From the IMG/VR virus record IMGVR_UViG_2802429234_000006: a stretch of 15,576 nt of DNA; one strand, given 5' to 3'. This DNA is from a virus (Duplodnaviria; Heunggongvirae; Uroviricota; Caudoviricetes). Position numbers and translations under genes: made by a program. The notes beneath the pieces are model-generated. The model was not told the DNA's origin, made no database searches, and was given only the letters and a program-made list of their open reading frames with translations. Positions 6,802 through 14,322 of the stretch are shown piece by piece (within the stretch, counting starts at the first letter, position 1; every line of letters starts with the position of its first letter).

Positions 6802-8934
6802 TTATTCGTCTTCAGCCAGGTCAATCAGCACGATAAATCGCTGCTGTGTTCCGTTAATCTTCACCGTTTTCGATGTCCAGCGACCGGGTTCTGCACAAAC
6901 CAGCACTCCGGCTTCCTCCAGCGCCTGGCACCCAAAGTTTCTGGATATGCCGCATAAAATTTCTCCATCAAACACTGACGGAATAATGTGATATTCGGGT
7001 TTTCCATCTTCCCGCTTACCGCTGACAAGATACCCTGCAAGGTTATTTATACGGGATGCATAGTGGTTATCCATATCTCCATTGCTTTTCCCGTAGGTAT
7101 AAGGCTGAAAACGGCTCAGGGCATGGCGCTGAATAAAATCACGGGCGCGGCTGATGACCTGGTATTTTTCCCGGTTTTCCAGCCCGAAATCCTGTAACCA
7201 GTCATCAAAAGCCCGTTGCGTTGCTGCCCGACATTCTTTTGCTGTCCAGCCAGTAATTGCGGTGGCAAGTTCTCCGGCCGCATCCAGCATGGCAAAGCGT
7301 GAAGCCACACGTCTGACCTGTGACGATGCATTTTCAGGCAGATTTCCCAGCCAGGTATTTTCTTTATCGGAAGTGGTGTTAATAGCCAGTTCCTTATGAG
7401 CGGATAACCAGCGCACCCACTCACGCCCCGCAGCTCCACAATAATTTGATGAAAGTCGCTTTATTGCTCTGGCATGTTGATCACCATCGTCATACCCGTT
7501 AAAAACCGTTGTATCGGTAAAGGGAACGCTTAGCAGCCGCACCAGTTGCCCGGCTTTTGGGGTGATCCCCCCTTTTAACAGGAAGGTCTCAAAATCTTCT
7601 TCCCCTGTGCTTAGTGCCGCTATTTTCCAGCGCATTACTGCACGATTGCCGCCATCTTTTCGTCCCTGAATTCTCCCCACACCGTTAAACAGGCTGTAGG
7701 CGGATTGCGCGATGTCATTAATCCTTCCTCCCTGACCAATTTCATCAATGGGGATAAAGCCATCATTACGTGCGGCAGCTTCCACCGTCAGTCCGTGCCG
7801 GGTGGCATCCCACGAAAGTTTGAGCATTTCAGGATCGCCATAAAGACTGGTGGCAGCTTCCACTGTCGTGGTTTTCCCTGCTGACGACTGCGCGAAAAGG
7901 TGGATACCAAAACAACTTCCGCCCACAAGAGAATTAAGGGGTGCTGCCAGTCCGACCAGTACCCCAAGCATCATTGAGTGATTACCTCGCATCAGGGAGG
8001 CGACATTATTCCTCCATTCCTGTACCGTCCCCCTGACGATATAGCCTTTGATGGCTGCAGATCCGCCACAGAATGCCACTGGACGATCCGGTACACCAAT
8101 CACCTCACCATCTGGCATAACATAGGCTCCACAATGCCATCCGGCTGTTGATGTGACCTCCCACACAGTACGATCTCCCTGACGTTGCAGGTATTCCGCC
8201 AGTTTATTCAGTAAATGGGCGCTGGTGGTGATTGCAACACCCCGTCCACGTAACCTCGCCCATCCTGCTGGCATACCGATTTCATTGCGCGGCATCGCTT
8301 CGTAAATAATTTTCTGTGTTCCTTCCGGGATCATTTCAATTATCAGATACGCTTCCCGACCATCATTACCAATACCCGCTGTGCGCATCCTGTCACTCAA
8401 CCAGGTTTCCTTATGATTCAGCTCCTCTGCTCTGGTATTGGGTATTGGCTCGACATACCAGAGCGCACCATCTTTTTCGGTGATATGCGGTTTCATGGGA
8501 TCTGTTCTTCCGGGCAATCCACCCGCTCTCCTGACTTCCTCCGTCATGGTTTCCCCGCGCTCTGCCTGTTCGCGGATCCGTTGCAGGTAGTCGCGCCAGT
8601 TCTCAGGCTCCCGGTCGGGGATACCTTTGTATAATTTCGCCTCCTGTACGCCAGCCAGCGCCAGTTTTTCGGCGACAGCGTTAATCAGGATTGGCTCAAT
8701 CTCCCCCGCGATATAAACACGCGCAAAGCGGCGCTCATCGTCGACAATGCGGATATTCGCAAGCTCTGCAAGTTGCTTTGGCCCCAGGTAAACAGGCGGC
8801 ACGCTATCGCCATGTTTTCGTCCTTCGCTTTCAATCCAGTGTTGAGCATGGGCGTAAGCGTCCGTCCCGGCAAAAATGATTACCTCAGTGAATTTATCCT
8901 TCGGCTGATATTTTAAATTCGGTGCGTTTTTCAC
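6802..8934 (-). CDS. Replication protein, primase-helicase-like (710 aa): P-loop NTPase core with a possible Toprim-like N-terminus
   Basis: Walker A-like AQSSAGKTT and Walker B-like FIPIDEIG read from the translation. GTG start at 8934 with GGGAGG 6-7 nt upstream, overlapping the stop of the preceding ORF (GTGA). An iteron array lies immediately downstream. Resemblance to DUF927 / phage-plasmid primase families is from recollection. Confidence 0.8.
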   Translation of the reverse strand: MKNAPNLKYQPKDKFTEVIIFAGTDAYAHAQHWIESEGRKHGDSVPPVYLGPKQLAELANIRIVDDERRFARVYIAGEIEPILINAVAEKLALAGVQEAKLYKGIPDREPENWRDYLQRIREQAERGETMTEEVRRAGGLPGRTDPMKPHITEKDGALWYVEPIPNTRAEELNHKETWLSDRMRTAGIGNDGREAYLIIEMIPEGTQKIIYEAMPRNEIGMPAGWARLRGRGVAITTSAHLLNKLAEYLQRQGDRTVWEVTSTAGWHCGAYVMPDGEVIGVPDRPVAFCGGSAAIKGYIVRGTVQEWRNNVASLMRGNHSMMLGVLVGLAAPLNSLVGGSCFGIHLFAQSSAGKTTTVEAATSLYGDPEMLKLSWDATRHGLTVEAAARNDGFIPIDEIGQGGRINDIAQSAYSLFNGVGRIQGRKDGGNRAVMRWKIAALSTGEEDFETFLLKGGITPKAGQLVRLLSVPFTDTTVFNGYDDGDQHARAIKRLSSNYCGAAGREWVRWLSAHKELAINTTSDKENTWLGNLPENASSQVRRVASRFAMLDAAGELATAITGWTAKECRAATQRAFDDWLQDFGLENREKYQVISRARDFIQRHALSRFQPYTYGKSNGDMDNHYASRINNLAGYLVSGKREDGKPEYHIIPSVFDGEILCGISRNFGCQALEEAGVLVCAEPGRWTSKTVKINGTQQRFIVLIDLAEDE

Positions 8935-9221
8935 TTCTTACCTCCCGCAACCAACATTGCCCGGATTTTTTTAATATTCGTGGCTGCACGTCTCGCCACC
9001 GCCTGTTGTTTGTTTTCCACCAGAATAAAATCACGCTCAAACTGACGGCGCGGCATTACGCAGTCATATTCGTAAGCCTCACGGCGGTAGGTGATATTGC
9101 CTGGCGTAACGTGACGAATAACCACTCGTCCACCACGTCTGGTGTCGCGGTAAATATCTCCGTGTCTGATTTCAGGCCGAGAGAGACCGCTGGCAGTAAA
9201 GCCAGAATTTTTCTTTTTCAT
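8931..9221 (-). CDS. Hypothetical basic protein (96 aa), translationally coupled to the replication protein
   Basis: ATG at 9221 with AGGA about 10 nt upstream; stop overlaps the replication gene start by 4 nt. Confidence 0.5.
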   Translation of the reverse strand: MKKKNSGFTASGLSRPEIRHGDIYRDTRRGGRVVIRHVTPGNITYRREAYEYDCVMPRRQFERDFILVENKQQAVARRAATNIKKIRAMLVAGGKK

Positions 9222-9225
9222 GGTT

Positions 9226-9426
9226 TTATTTTCCTGTCAGCAGTTCCGGTTTTATTCCTGCACGAATACAGAGTTCAGAAAAGCCTTCTACCGTACTTAC
9301 AATTTCATTATTTCGCAGCCGGCATTGTGATTTCACGTTCCCTTTATCCAGGTAAACCAGTACGCGTCCGGTGAAATCCTCTGGCACATTCAGGGTAATT
9401 GTCATTGTTGCTGGCTTATTACCCAT
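9226..9426 (-). CDS. Small protein (66 aa) carrying one copy of a DFTGxxLVxxxxGxV domain
   Basis: ATG at 9426 with AGGGGGTG upstream; overlaps the stop of the preceding ORF by 8 nt. Shares the motif with both halves of the 121-aa neighbour. Confidence 0.5.
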   Translation of the reverse strand: MGNKPATMTITLNVPEDFTGRVLVYLDKGNVKSQCRLRNNEIVSTVEGFSELCIRAGIKPELLTGK

Positions 9427-9784
9427 GATTCACCCCCTGAATGACCTGATAACCGCAACTGGTCAGCAATTCGATAAATTCCGGCAGTGTGCCGAAACAG
9501 CAATCATCACGCAGACATTCGCGGGATACCTCGACGCCGTTTTCGTAGTGACTCACCATGCGTCCGGTAAAATGCAGATCATCATCGTGATGGCTCGTTA
9601 ACGGCTTAATCAGTCGCGCACGTTCTGCCAGTTCCAGCAATGCTTCAACGCTTCCGGCAATTGCACCATCCGGCAGGTTGTAATTACGCACTATGCGCCC
9701 GTTCTCCACATGGACCAGTAGCTGCCCGGTAAATTTCTCGTCAAACTGAATGCTGTTAAGGTCAGCAATTGACAGGTTATGCAT
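9419..9784 (-). CDS. Hypothetical protein (121 aa from the ATG at 9784) containing two tandem copies of the same DFTG-motif domain
   Basis: Internal duplication FTGQLLVHVENGRIV / FTGRMVSHYENGVEV. The ATG overlaps the upstream stop within ATGCATAA (8-nt overlap). The track start at 9814 is a TTG. Confidence 0.5.
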   Translation of the reverse strand: MHNLSIADLNSIQFDEKFTGQLLVHVENGRIVRNYNLPDGAIAGSVEALLELAERARLIKPLTSHHDDDLHFTGRMVSHYENGVEVSRECLRDDCCFGTLPEFIELLTSCGYQVIQGVNHG

Positions 9785-9980
9785 GGCGCATCCCCTGACG
9801 AATACGGGTGGCAAATACCATCACGCAGCCATCAGGAGATTGCTGGCGTGCTTCCTGTTCGCTGGTAGCCTCGATGTGAATTACGCGCTGTTGTGCTGTG
9901 CTCAGGGCGATAAAACGCCAGATGTATTTATTCAGGTTGTGCGAGTCCCGCCCTTGCGGGTGTGTGGTATGATTTCTCAT
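9777..9980 (-). CDS. Small hypothetical protein (67 aa), first gene of the operon leading to the replication gene; possibly Icd-like
   Basis: ATG at 9980 with GAGG 6 nt upstream. It is the C-terminal part of a 286-aa track ORF whose upstream portion runs through a divergent promoter region and the opposite-strand small gene, so only this segment is taken as coding. The Icd-like label is a weak recollection. Confidence 0.45.
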   Translation of the reverse strand: MRNHTTHPQGRDSHNLNKYIWRFIALSTAQQRVIHIEATSEQEARQQSPDGCVMVFATRIRQGMRHA

Positions 9981-10077
9981 AGCTACCTCGATACTGTTGC
10001 TATCGTTGGTGGTTAGAAGCCCGGTTAGTGTTCGCGCACTGCCGGGTTTCGTCGTTTCTGCACCTTGCATCAACAAG

Positions 10078-10129
10078 GTGTTTAACACCAATTTAAACCT
10101 AGGTGTTAAACACGTCAAGTGTTGAACAC
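10078..10129. promoter_or_regulatory. Three operator-like palindromes GTGTT-N-AACAC in a divergent promoter region
   Basis: GTGTTTAACAC (10078-10088), GTGTTAAACAC (10103-10113) and GTGTTGAACAC (10119-10129). A possible sigma70 promoter for the plus-strand gene (TTGAAC at 10122-10127, 17-bp spacer, CATACT at 10145-10150) overlaps the third site. Confidence 0.5.
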
Positions 10130-10179
10130 TTGTTTTTTTTCCTGCATACTGCATTTGTTTTTTGTGAGGGGGACACAAC

Positions 10180-10359
10180 ATGGCGACAAAAGCAGTAAAC
10201 GCAAAATCACAAACAGTTGCGGCAAGGGTTCCGCATGAAGTTATGAACAATGTTGAGGCAGTAAAAATGCCTGGTGAAAGTACAGGGCAGTTTGTAACAG
10301 CAGCATTAAAGCGAGAAGTTGAGTACCGCCAGCGCCGCAAGGCCAAAGAACAGGAGTAG
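10180..10359 (+). CDS. Small ribbon-helix-helix-like DNA-binding protein (59 aa); the only plus-strand gene of the element in this window
   Basis: ATG at 10180 with GAGGGGG 8-14 nt upstream; hand translation MATKAVNAKSQTVAARVPHEVMNNVEAVKMPGESTGQFVTAALKREVEYRQRRKAKEQE to TAG at 10357-10359. The RVPxEV...S...FV..AL pattern is typical of Arc/CopG-type RHH proteins. Not in the ORF track (under 60 aa). Confidence 0.5.
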   Translation: MATKAVNAKSQTVAARVPHEVMNNVEAVKMPGESTGQFVTAALKREVEYRQRRKAKEQE

Positions 10360-10583
10360 TTGATCAACACCGGGCGCCCAGAAAAAATCGTATCAGTCGC
10401 GCCACCAGCAAAATTTTTTGCTTTCCGGACGATGTGGCCAACGACATTTTGCAGCAAAATATTCTGCATTTCTGGCGTGCTGTAGTAACGGTGATCAGCG
10501 CCTTCACTCTGTGCGACCACAACGCTATAATCTGCCTCGTAGACAGTAAGCAATATGGTGCTACAGGTAATTCGTTCACAAAG

Positions 10584-10614
10584 GCGCTCCGGCAACGGGG
10601 CGCTTTCTCTTTTT
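10584..10614 (+). terminator. Intrinsic terminator: 8-bp stem with GCAA tetraloop followed by TTTCTCTTTTT
   Basis: GCGCTCCG (10584-10591), loop GCAA, CGGGGCGC (10596-10603, one G-U pair), then a T-rich run. Sits between the convergent RHH gene (+) and the antirepressor gene (-). Confidence 0.5.
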
Positions 10615-10629
10615 GTAACGGTCAGAGCG

Positions 10630-11478
10630 TTACACATGGCTGTTTTCCTCCATGCGACGGGCTAACCAACGCTGCGAAAGGCGAATTAATTCAGCTTTCC
10701 GCTGGTGGTAGTCCTGGCCTAACTCAATCAGCGTGATATTGCTCTGCTCAAGGTAAGAAAGGTGCTCAAGCTGCAACGTGCTCATGTGGTCGCGTGGTTC
10801 GCCTGTGATGCCGTTCGCCAGTGCCCACTGTTTTGCAGTCATGCCACCCAGCACGATACGCGCCAGCATATTGGCTTCCGTGGTGTAATGGTGCTGTAGA
10901 GTGTTTTTACCCAGTTCAGCCCGGTACGCCTCCAGCGCGGCACACATTGGCTTAAAGTAGCTGGCAACTGTGATACGGGCTTTCAGTTCCCGGCGTAACG
11001 CTGCGGAACGTACAGGCGCAACCTTGTGTAGCTCTTCCTCGCATTTGATGAAGTACTGACGAACGGCGCGCCCCTGTTCGGTGCGTTCGACCATCGCCAG
11101 TTCTTTCGCCATGTTCGTGGAGATCAAATAGTCTTCACTGCGGCGATCACCGCCGCGCTTTGTTGTCCAATCAGAATCAAACTGTTCAATATTTACACTT
11201 TGGTTCCCCCGTTTCGGGGAATCAAAGTACAAATTTTCTACAACTTCAAAATCCACGCCATTTTTAAATCCGTACTCATCAATACGTCCTTTAATCCAGG
11301 TAGTGAAATCACGGCCTACCCCGAGCGCCTTATGCAACGCTCTGGCGCTAACAATATTGGTTTCACGCCCGCCAATAACGCCGGAAATAACCGGGATAAT
11401 TTCACCAAAATTTTGCAGATTCTGGTTTTCAGGTCGAATGAAGCCCTGCCCCTGTACGGGCGTTTTTCGCAGTTTCAT
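10630..11478 (-). CDS. Phage antirepressor-like protein (282 aa; AntA/Rha/KilA-type regulatory domains)
   Basis: ATG at 11478 with GGAG 7 nt upstream. Segments ARALHKALGVGRDFTTWIKGRI and ISTNMAKELAMVERTEQGRAVRQYFIKCEEEL resemble conserved blocks of phage antirepressor / Rha-family proteins as I recall them. Confidence 0.65.
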   Translation of the reverse strand: MKLRKTPVQGQGFIRPENQNLQNFGEIIPVISGVIGGRETNIVSARALHKALGVGRDFTTWIKGRIDEYGFKNGVDFEVVENLYFDSPKRGNQSVNIEQFDSDWTTKRGGDRRSEDYLISTNMAKELAMVERTEQGRAVRQYFIKCEEELHKVAPVRSAALRRELKARITVASYFKPMCAALEAYRAELGKNTLQHHYTTEANMLARIVLGGMTAKQWALANGITGEPRDHMSTLQLEHLSYLEQSNITLIELGQDYHQRKAELIRLSQRWLARRMEENSHV

Positions 11479-11555
11479 AAAAACTCCGCTATCGAATTAA
11501 GTTACTTTTTATTTGCTGGTGGATAGCTGGGGCGCCTGGCCCCGTTGCCATTTAA

Positions 11556-11753
11556 TCAGGTAGCTGTTCCGCGTGATTCCGCAATACGCTGATTAATCCA
11601 CTCGTCAATTTCACTCTCAACGAAAGCAATCGCTCGCGAGCCAATTTTTACAGGTTTAGGAAAACGCCCTTGGGCAATGAGTTTATAGATCCATGCCCTG
11701 CCATAGCCTGTACGGCGCATGGTTTCTGGCATACGAATTAAAGATTGTGACAT
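11556..11753 (-). CDS. alpA: AlpA-family transcriptional regulator / excisionase-like HTH protein (65 aa)
   Basis: ATG at 11753 with GGGAG upstream (the track start at 11822 is a GTG and runs through the operators). Sequence MSQSLIRMPETMRRTGYGRAWIYKLIAQGRFPKPVKIGSRAIAFVESEIDEWI is characteristic of AlpA/Xis-type proteins. Confidence 0.8.
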   Translation of the reverse strand: MSQSLIRMPETMRRTGYGRAWIYKLIAQGRFPKPVKIGSRAIAFVESEIDEWINQRIAESRGTAT

Positions 11754-11760
11754 GATAATC

Positions 11761-11793
11761 GTCTCCCGTTGTTTATTGATGCCTACGGGAGAC
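11761..11793 (-). promoter_or_regulatory. Leader hairpin (8-bp inverted repeat GTCTCCCG / CGGGAGAC with a 17-nt loop) that includes the alpA Shine-Dalgarno sequence
   Basis: Inverted repeat at 11761-11768 and 11786-11793. On the minus-strand mRNA the downstream arm contains GGGAG, the SD of alpA. Confidence 0.35.
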
Positions 11794-11820
11794 ATTGAAG
11801 CAGGTAAGACATTGGATATC

Positions 11821-11855
11821 ACCGCAATTGCGGTGAATGATACCGCAATTGCGGT
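11821..11855. promoter_or_regulatory. Tandem pair of perfect 14-bp palindromes ACCGCAATTGCGGT (operator-like), centres 21 bp apart
   Basis: Identical copies at 11821-11834 and 11842-11855, each perfectly self-complementary, in the interval between the 251-aa gene stop and the alpA start. Confidence 0.5.
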
Positions 11856-11867
11856 ATAGGACTAGAA

Positions 11868-12623
11868 CTACGATTTAATTGATTTATTGGCTTCAGCAAA
11901 CTTTGCTTCCAGCGTTCTTGAACTCATCCCCGGCTTACCTTCAAAATGCCCCAATAAATTACTAATAATAGAGCTTTGATTTTCGAATACAGATTGCTTA
12001 ATACCAGCAGGTGAACGCCCTAACATTAGAAAAAGCAACCCTCCAATAATGTTTAAATATGTTGTTTCAGAACGTTGGTCAATGTTTTGCACGGAGTTAT
12101 CAACCATTCGTCGTAGTGAATCACGTTCCCCTTGTAATTCGGAAATTTCATTTTTCTGCTGTTGGAAAGTCTTCATAGCATTATCTAAGCGAATATTAAG
12201 ACGTTTGTTTTCAGCCTGAAGAGTTTGATATGCCTCGACTGTAATTCCAGCATGTAACTGCTGCTCAACAGCATCAAAAAGGAAAGCTGGTTTTTGGTTG
12301 GGATAGTTTTTTGACATCCATGATTTCAGATCGGAATGGCGGACGGTTAAACGGTGCTTAGCAACCTGTTCTCCAGGTTGAACAGTTTTACCATCACGGC
12401 CATAAGGAATTTCACAATTATGGATTGCATCTAAAATTTTCTCAGCATTAACACGCAAGCAAGGCCATTGAGGGAACATTCCAACGCTAGGTAAAACTCC
12501 ATCTCCCACTCGCTCCAATATTAAAACTTCATGAGCAATTAAATTACACCAACGTAGCGCCGCTTCAATTGGAGTGTAATATGCCTTTTCAAGAGAACTA
12601 CAGCTTTTTGAATTGTAAGTCAC
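11868..12623 (-). CDS. Hypothetical protein (251 aa), AT-rich, with a central coiled-coil-like segment and a C-terminal hydrophobic stretch
   Basis: Long ORF with a GTG start at 12623 and GAGGT about 8 nt upstream. Noticeably lower GC than the flanking integrase and alpA. No recognisable catalytic motif. Confidence 0.55.
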   Translation of the reverse strand: MTYNSKSCSSLEKAYYTPIEAALRWCNLIAHEVLILERVGDGVLPSVGMFPQWPCLRVNAEKILDAIHNCEIPYGRDGKTVQPGEQVAKHRLTVRHSDLKSWMSKNYPNQKPAFLFDAVEQQLHAGITVEAYQTLQAENKRLNIRLDNAMKTFQQQKNEISELQGERDSLRRMVDNSVQNIDQRSETTYLNIIGGLLFLMLGRSPAGIKQSVFENQSSIISNLLGHFEGKPGMSSRTLEAKFAEANKSIKS

Positions 12624-12751
12624 TCTGTGCTACCTCGCACCCTCTGTAAAAGTGGCTGTGCCAGCCCGCAGAGGTGTACGGGTTTTCAGGAGCGACCCTA
12701 GACACAGCCTTTTCTTAATCGCTCAAAGTCTACTACTGTATACTCAACCAG

Positions 12752-13966
12752 TCACCCGCATTTTCCGAACTCACCATGCACCACATTTCCGCCATGCTCG
12801 AGCGAATCCATATAGTCGGCATACCACTGGAGCATCTCCCGGCGACCATCCAGATATTGCGCATGGTTGTATGTGCCACGAATTGAGTTTTTATCGACGT
12901 GTGCAAGCTGTGTCTCTATCCACGCGGTGTTATAGCCCTGCTCATGCAAAATGGTGCTCATGGTGTGCCGGAATCCATGACCAGTAACCTTTCCGTTATA
13001 GCCGATGCGTTTAAATACTTGGTTTATGCTAGCCTCGCTCATTGTTTTCCTTGGATCATTACGGCCGGGAAACATAAGCGGATAATTGCCAGTTAATTCT
13101 TTAATCTGCCCAATAAGAGAAAGAGCCTGCTTAGACAAAGGCACCACATGAGGGCGACGCATTTTCATCCGTGAAGCAGGTATCTCCCAGATAGCCTTGT
13201 TGAGATCGATTTCATCCCATAATGCACCGCGCAGTTCGCCAGTCCGCAAACCGGTGATAATCAGTAGACGAGCCGCCATAACAACCAATGCACTTCCTGA
13301 GTAACTGGACAATGCCTTGAAAAAATCAGGTAATTCTTTGGCTGTGAGGAAAGGATAATGATTAGATTCATGACCTTGCATCGCGCTGGTGAGATCCGGT
13401 GCAGGGTTATACTCAGCACGTCCAGTGACAATTGCATAGCGGAAAACTTCCCCGCATCGCTGCCTCACTTTTTTGGCTTTTTCGGTAGCACCGCGCCCCT
13501 CGATACGCCGCAGCACATTCAGCAGTTCAAGTGGTTTGATTTCGGCGATTGGTTTTTTGCCAATGTAAGGGAACACATCTTTGTTGAAGGCTTCGAGGAT
13601 GTCTGAAGCATAACCAGCAGACCATTTTTTTAATTTGCTGCTGTGCCACTCAATGGCAATATCTTTGAAGGTGTTGTTTAACTGCGTTTCCCGGGCAATC
13701 TTTTCCTCTCGTTTCGCTTCCATCGGATCGATACCCCCAGCGATACTCCTTTTAGCTTCTTCACGTTTTGCACGAGCATCAGCCAAGGTAACTTCAGGAT
13801 ACACACCTAGTGCTAACAGCTTCTCTTTACCAGCTACACGATACTTGAAGCGCCAATATTTTCCTCCACTAGGTTTTACCAAGAGATACAGACCACCACC
13901 ATCAGCCAGCTTGTAAGCCTTCTCTTTTGGCTTGGCAGTGTCTATTTGACGGGCATTGAGTTTCAC
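12752..13966 (-). CDS. int: Tyrosine site-specific integrase, P4 / CP4-57 IntA family (404 aa)
   Basis: N-terminal pattern AKPKEKAYKLADGGGLYLLVKPSGGKYWRFKY and C-terminal catalytic region HGFRHT...RGTYNHAQY typical of P4-type integrases. GTG start at 13966 with GGAGG 9 nt upstream. Lies next to and co-oriented with a tRNA gene. Confidence 0.9.
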   Translation of the reverse strand: MKLNARQIDTAKPKEKAYKLADGGGLYLLVKPSGGKYWRFKYRVAGKEKLLALGVYPEVTLADARAKREEAKRSIAGGIDPMEAKREEKIARETQLNNTFKDIAIEWHSSKLKKWSAGYASDILEAFNKDVFPYIGKKPIAEIKPLELLNVLRRIEGRGATEKAKKVRQRCGEVFRYAIVTGRAEYNPAPDLTSAMQGHESNHYPFLTAKELPDFFKALSSYSGSALVVMAARLLIITGLRTGELRGALWDEIDLNKAIWEIPASRMKMRRPHVVPLSKQALSLIGQIKELTGNYPLMFPGRNDPRKTMSEASINQVFKRIGYNGKVTGHGFRHTMSTILHEQGYNTAWIETQLAHVDKNSIRGTYNHAQYLDGRREMLQWYADYMDSLEHGGNVVHGEFGKCG

Positions 13967-13968
13967 TT

Positions 13969-14041
13969 GGGGGTACCTCCACTAAACCGAACAGCAAATA
14001 CCCCCAAAAGTACCCCCAATTGACTGTAGATTTTGGGGTAC
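13969..14041. repeat. Four copies of GGGGTAC in alternating orientation between the integrase start and the tRNA (candidate arm-type recombinase or accessory-protein sites in attL)
   Basis: GGGGGTACC (13969-13977), TACCCCC (13999-14005), GTACCCCC (14010-14017) and GGGGTAC (14035-14041), read directly. Confidence 0.3.
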
Positions 14042-14132
14042 TTAAGTAGACGTCAAAAGACTAAAAGGGGCGCTAACATGCGGATTATAAGAGGTTTTTA
14101 AATACTTGAGTAGACTTGGGGAGACGTTAGAA

Positions 14133-14208
14133 TGGTGCCGATAATAGGAGTCGAACCTACGACCTTCGCATTACGAATGCGCTGCTCTACCAACTGAGCT
14201 ATATCGGC
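14133..14208 (-). tRNA. thrW: tRNA-Thr (anticodon CGU), thrW-type; integration target of the element
   Basis: Minus-strand sequence GCCGATATAGCTCAGTTGGTAGAGCAGCGCATTCGTAATGCGAAGGTCGTAGGTTCGACTCCTATTATCGGCACCA folds as a canonical cloverleaf: 7-bp acceptor stem, D-arm GCTC/GAGC, anticodon loop TTCGTAA, T-loop TTCGACT, encoded CCA. Confidence 0.92.
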
Positions 14209-14322
14209 CCTGAAAGGACATGTTCACGAACGTGAATCACGGTGGACAAGGTTAAAACTAACCGGGCGATGCGTCAATGGCCTTGTGAATCAAACGGCTA
14301 CTTTTGCATCACCCGGTTTTGT

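Noticed and set aside
10115-10140. Hairpin plus T8 (CAAGTG-ttgaa-CACTTG-TTTTTTTT) as a plus-strand intrinsic terminator
   Set aside because: No credible plus-strand gene lies upstream to terminate. The same sequence is the third operator palindrome and overlaps the putative -35 of the RHH gene, so it is treated as regulatory; a role as attenuator of antisense transcription is not excluded.
9777-10637. 286-aa minus-strand track ORF spanning the divergent promoter region
   Set aside because: It runs antisense through the plus-strand RHH gene, the operator palindromes and a T-rich run, and its product is Cys/Thr-rich with low complexity. Only the C-terminal 67 codons (ATG at 9980 with its own SD) look like a real gene.
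1-14132. Identification as the E. coli K-12 CP4-6 cryptic prophage at thrW
   Set aside because: Same chromosomal site, but from memory CP4-6 in K-12 has different thrW-proximal genes and no integrase directly next to the tRNA. This looks like a different occupant of the thrW hotspot; I cannot verify without a database search.
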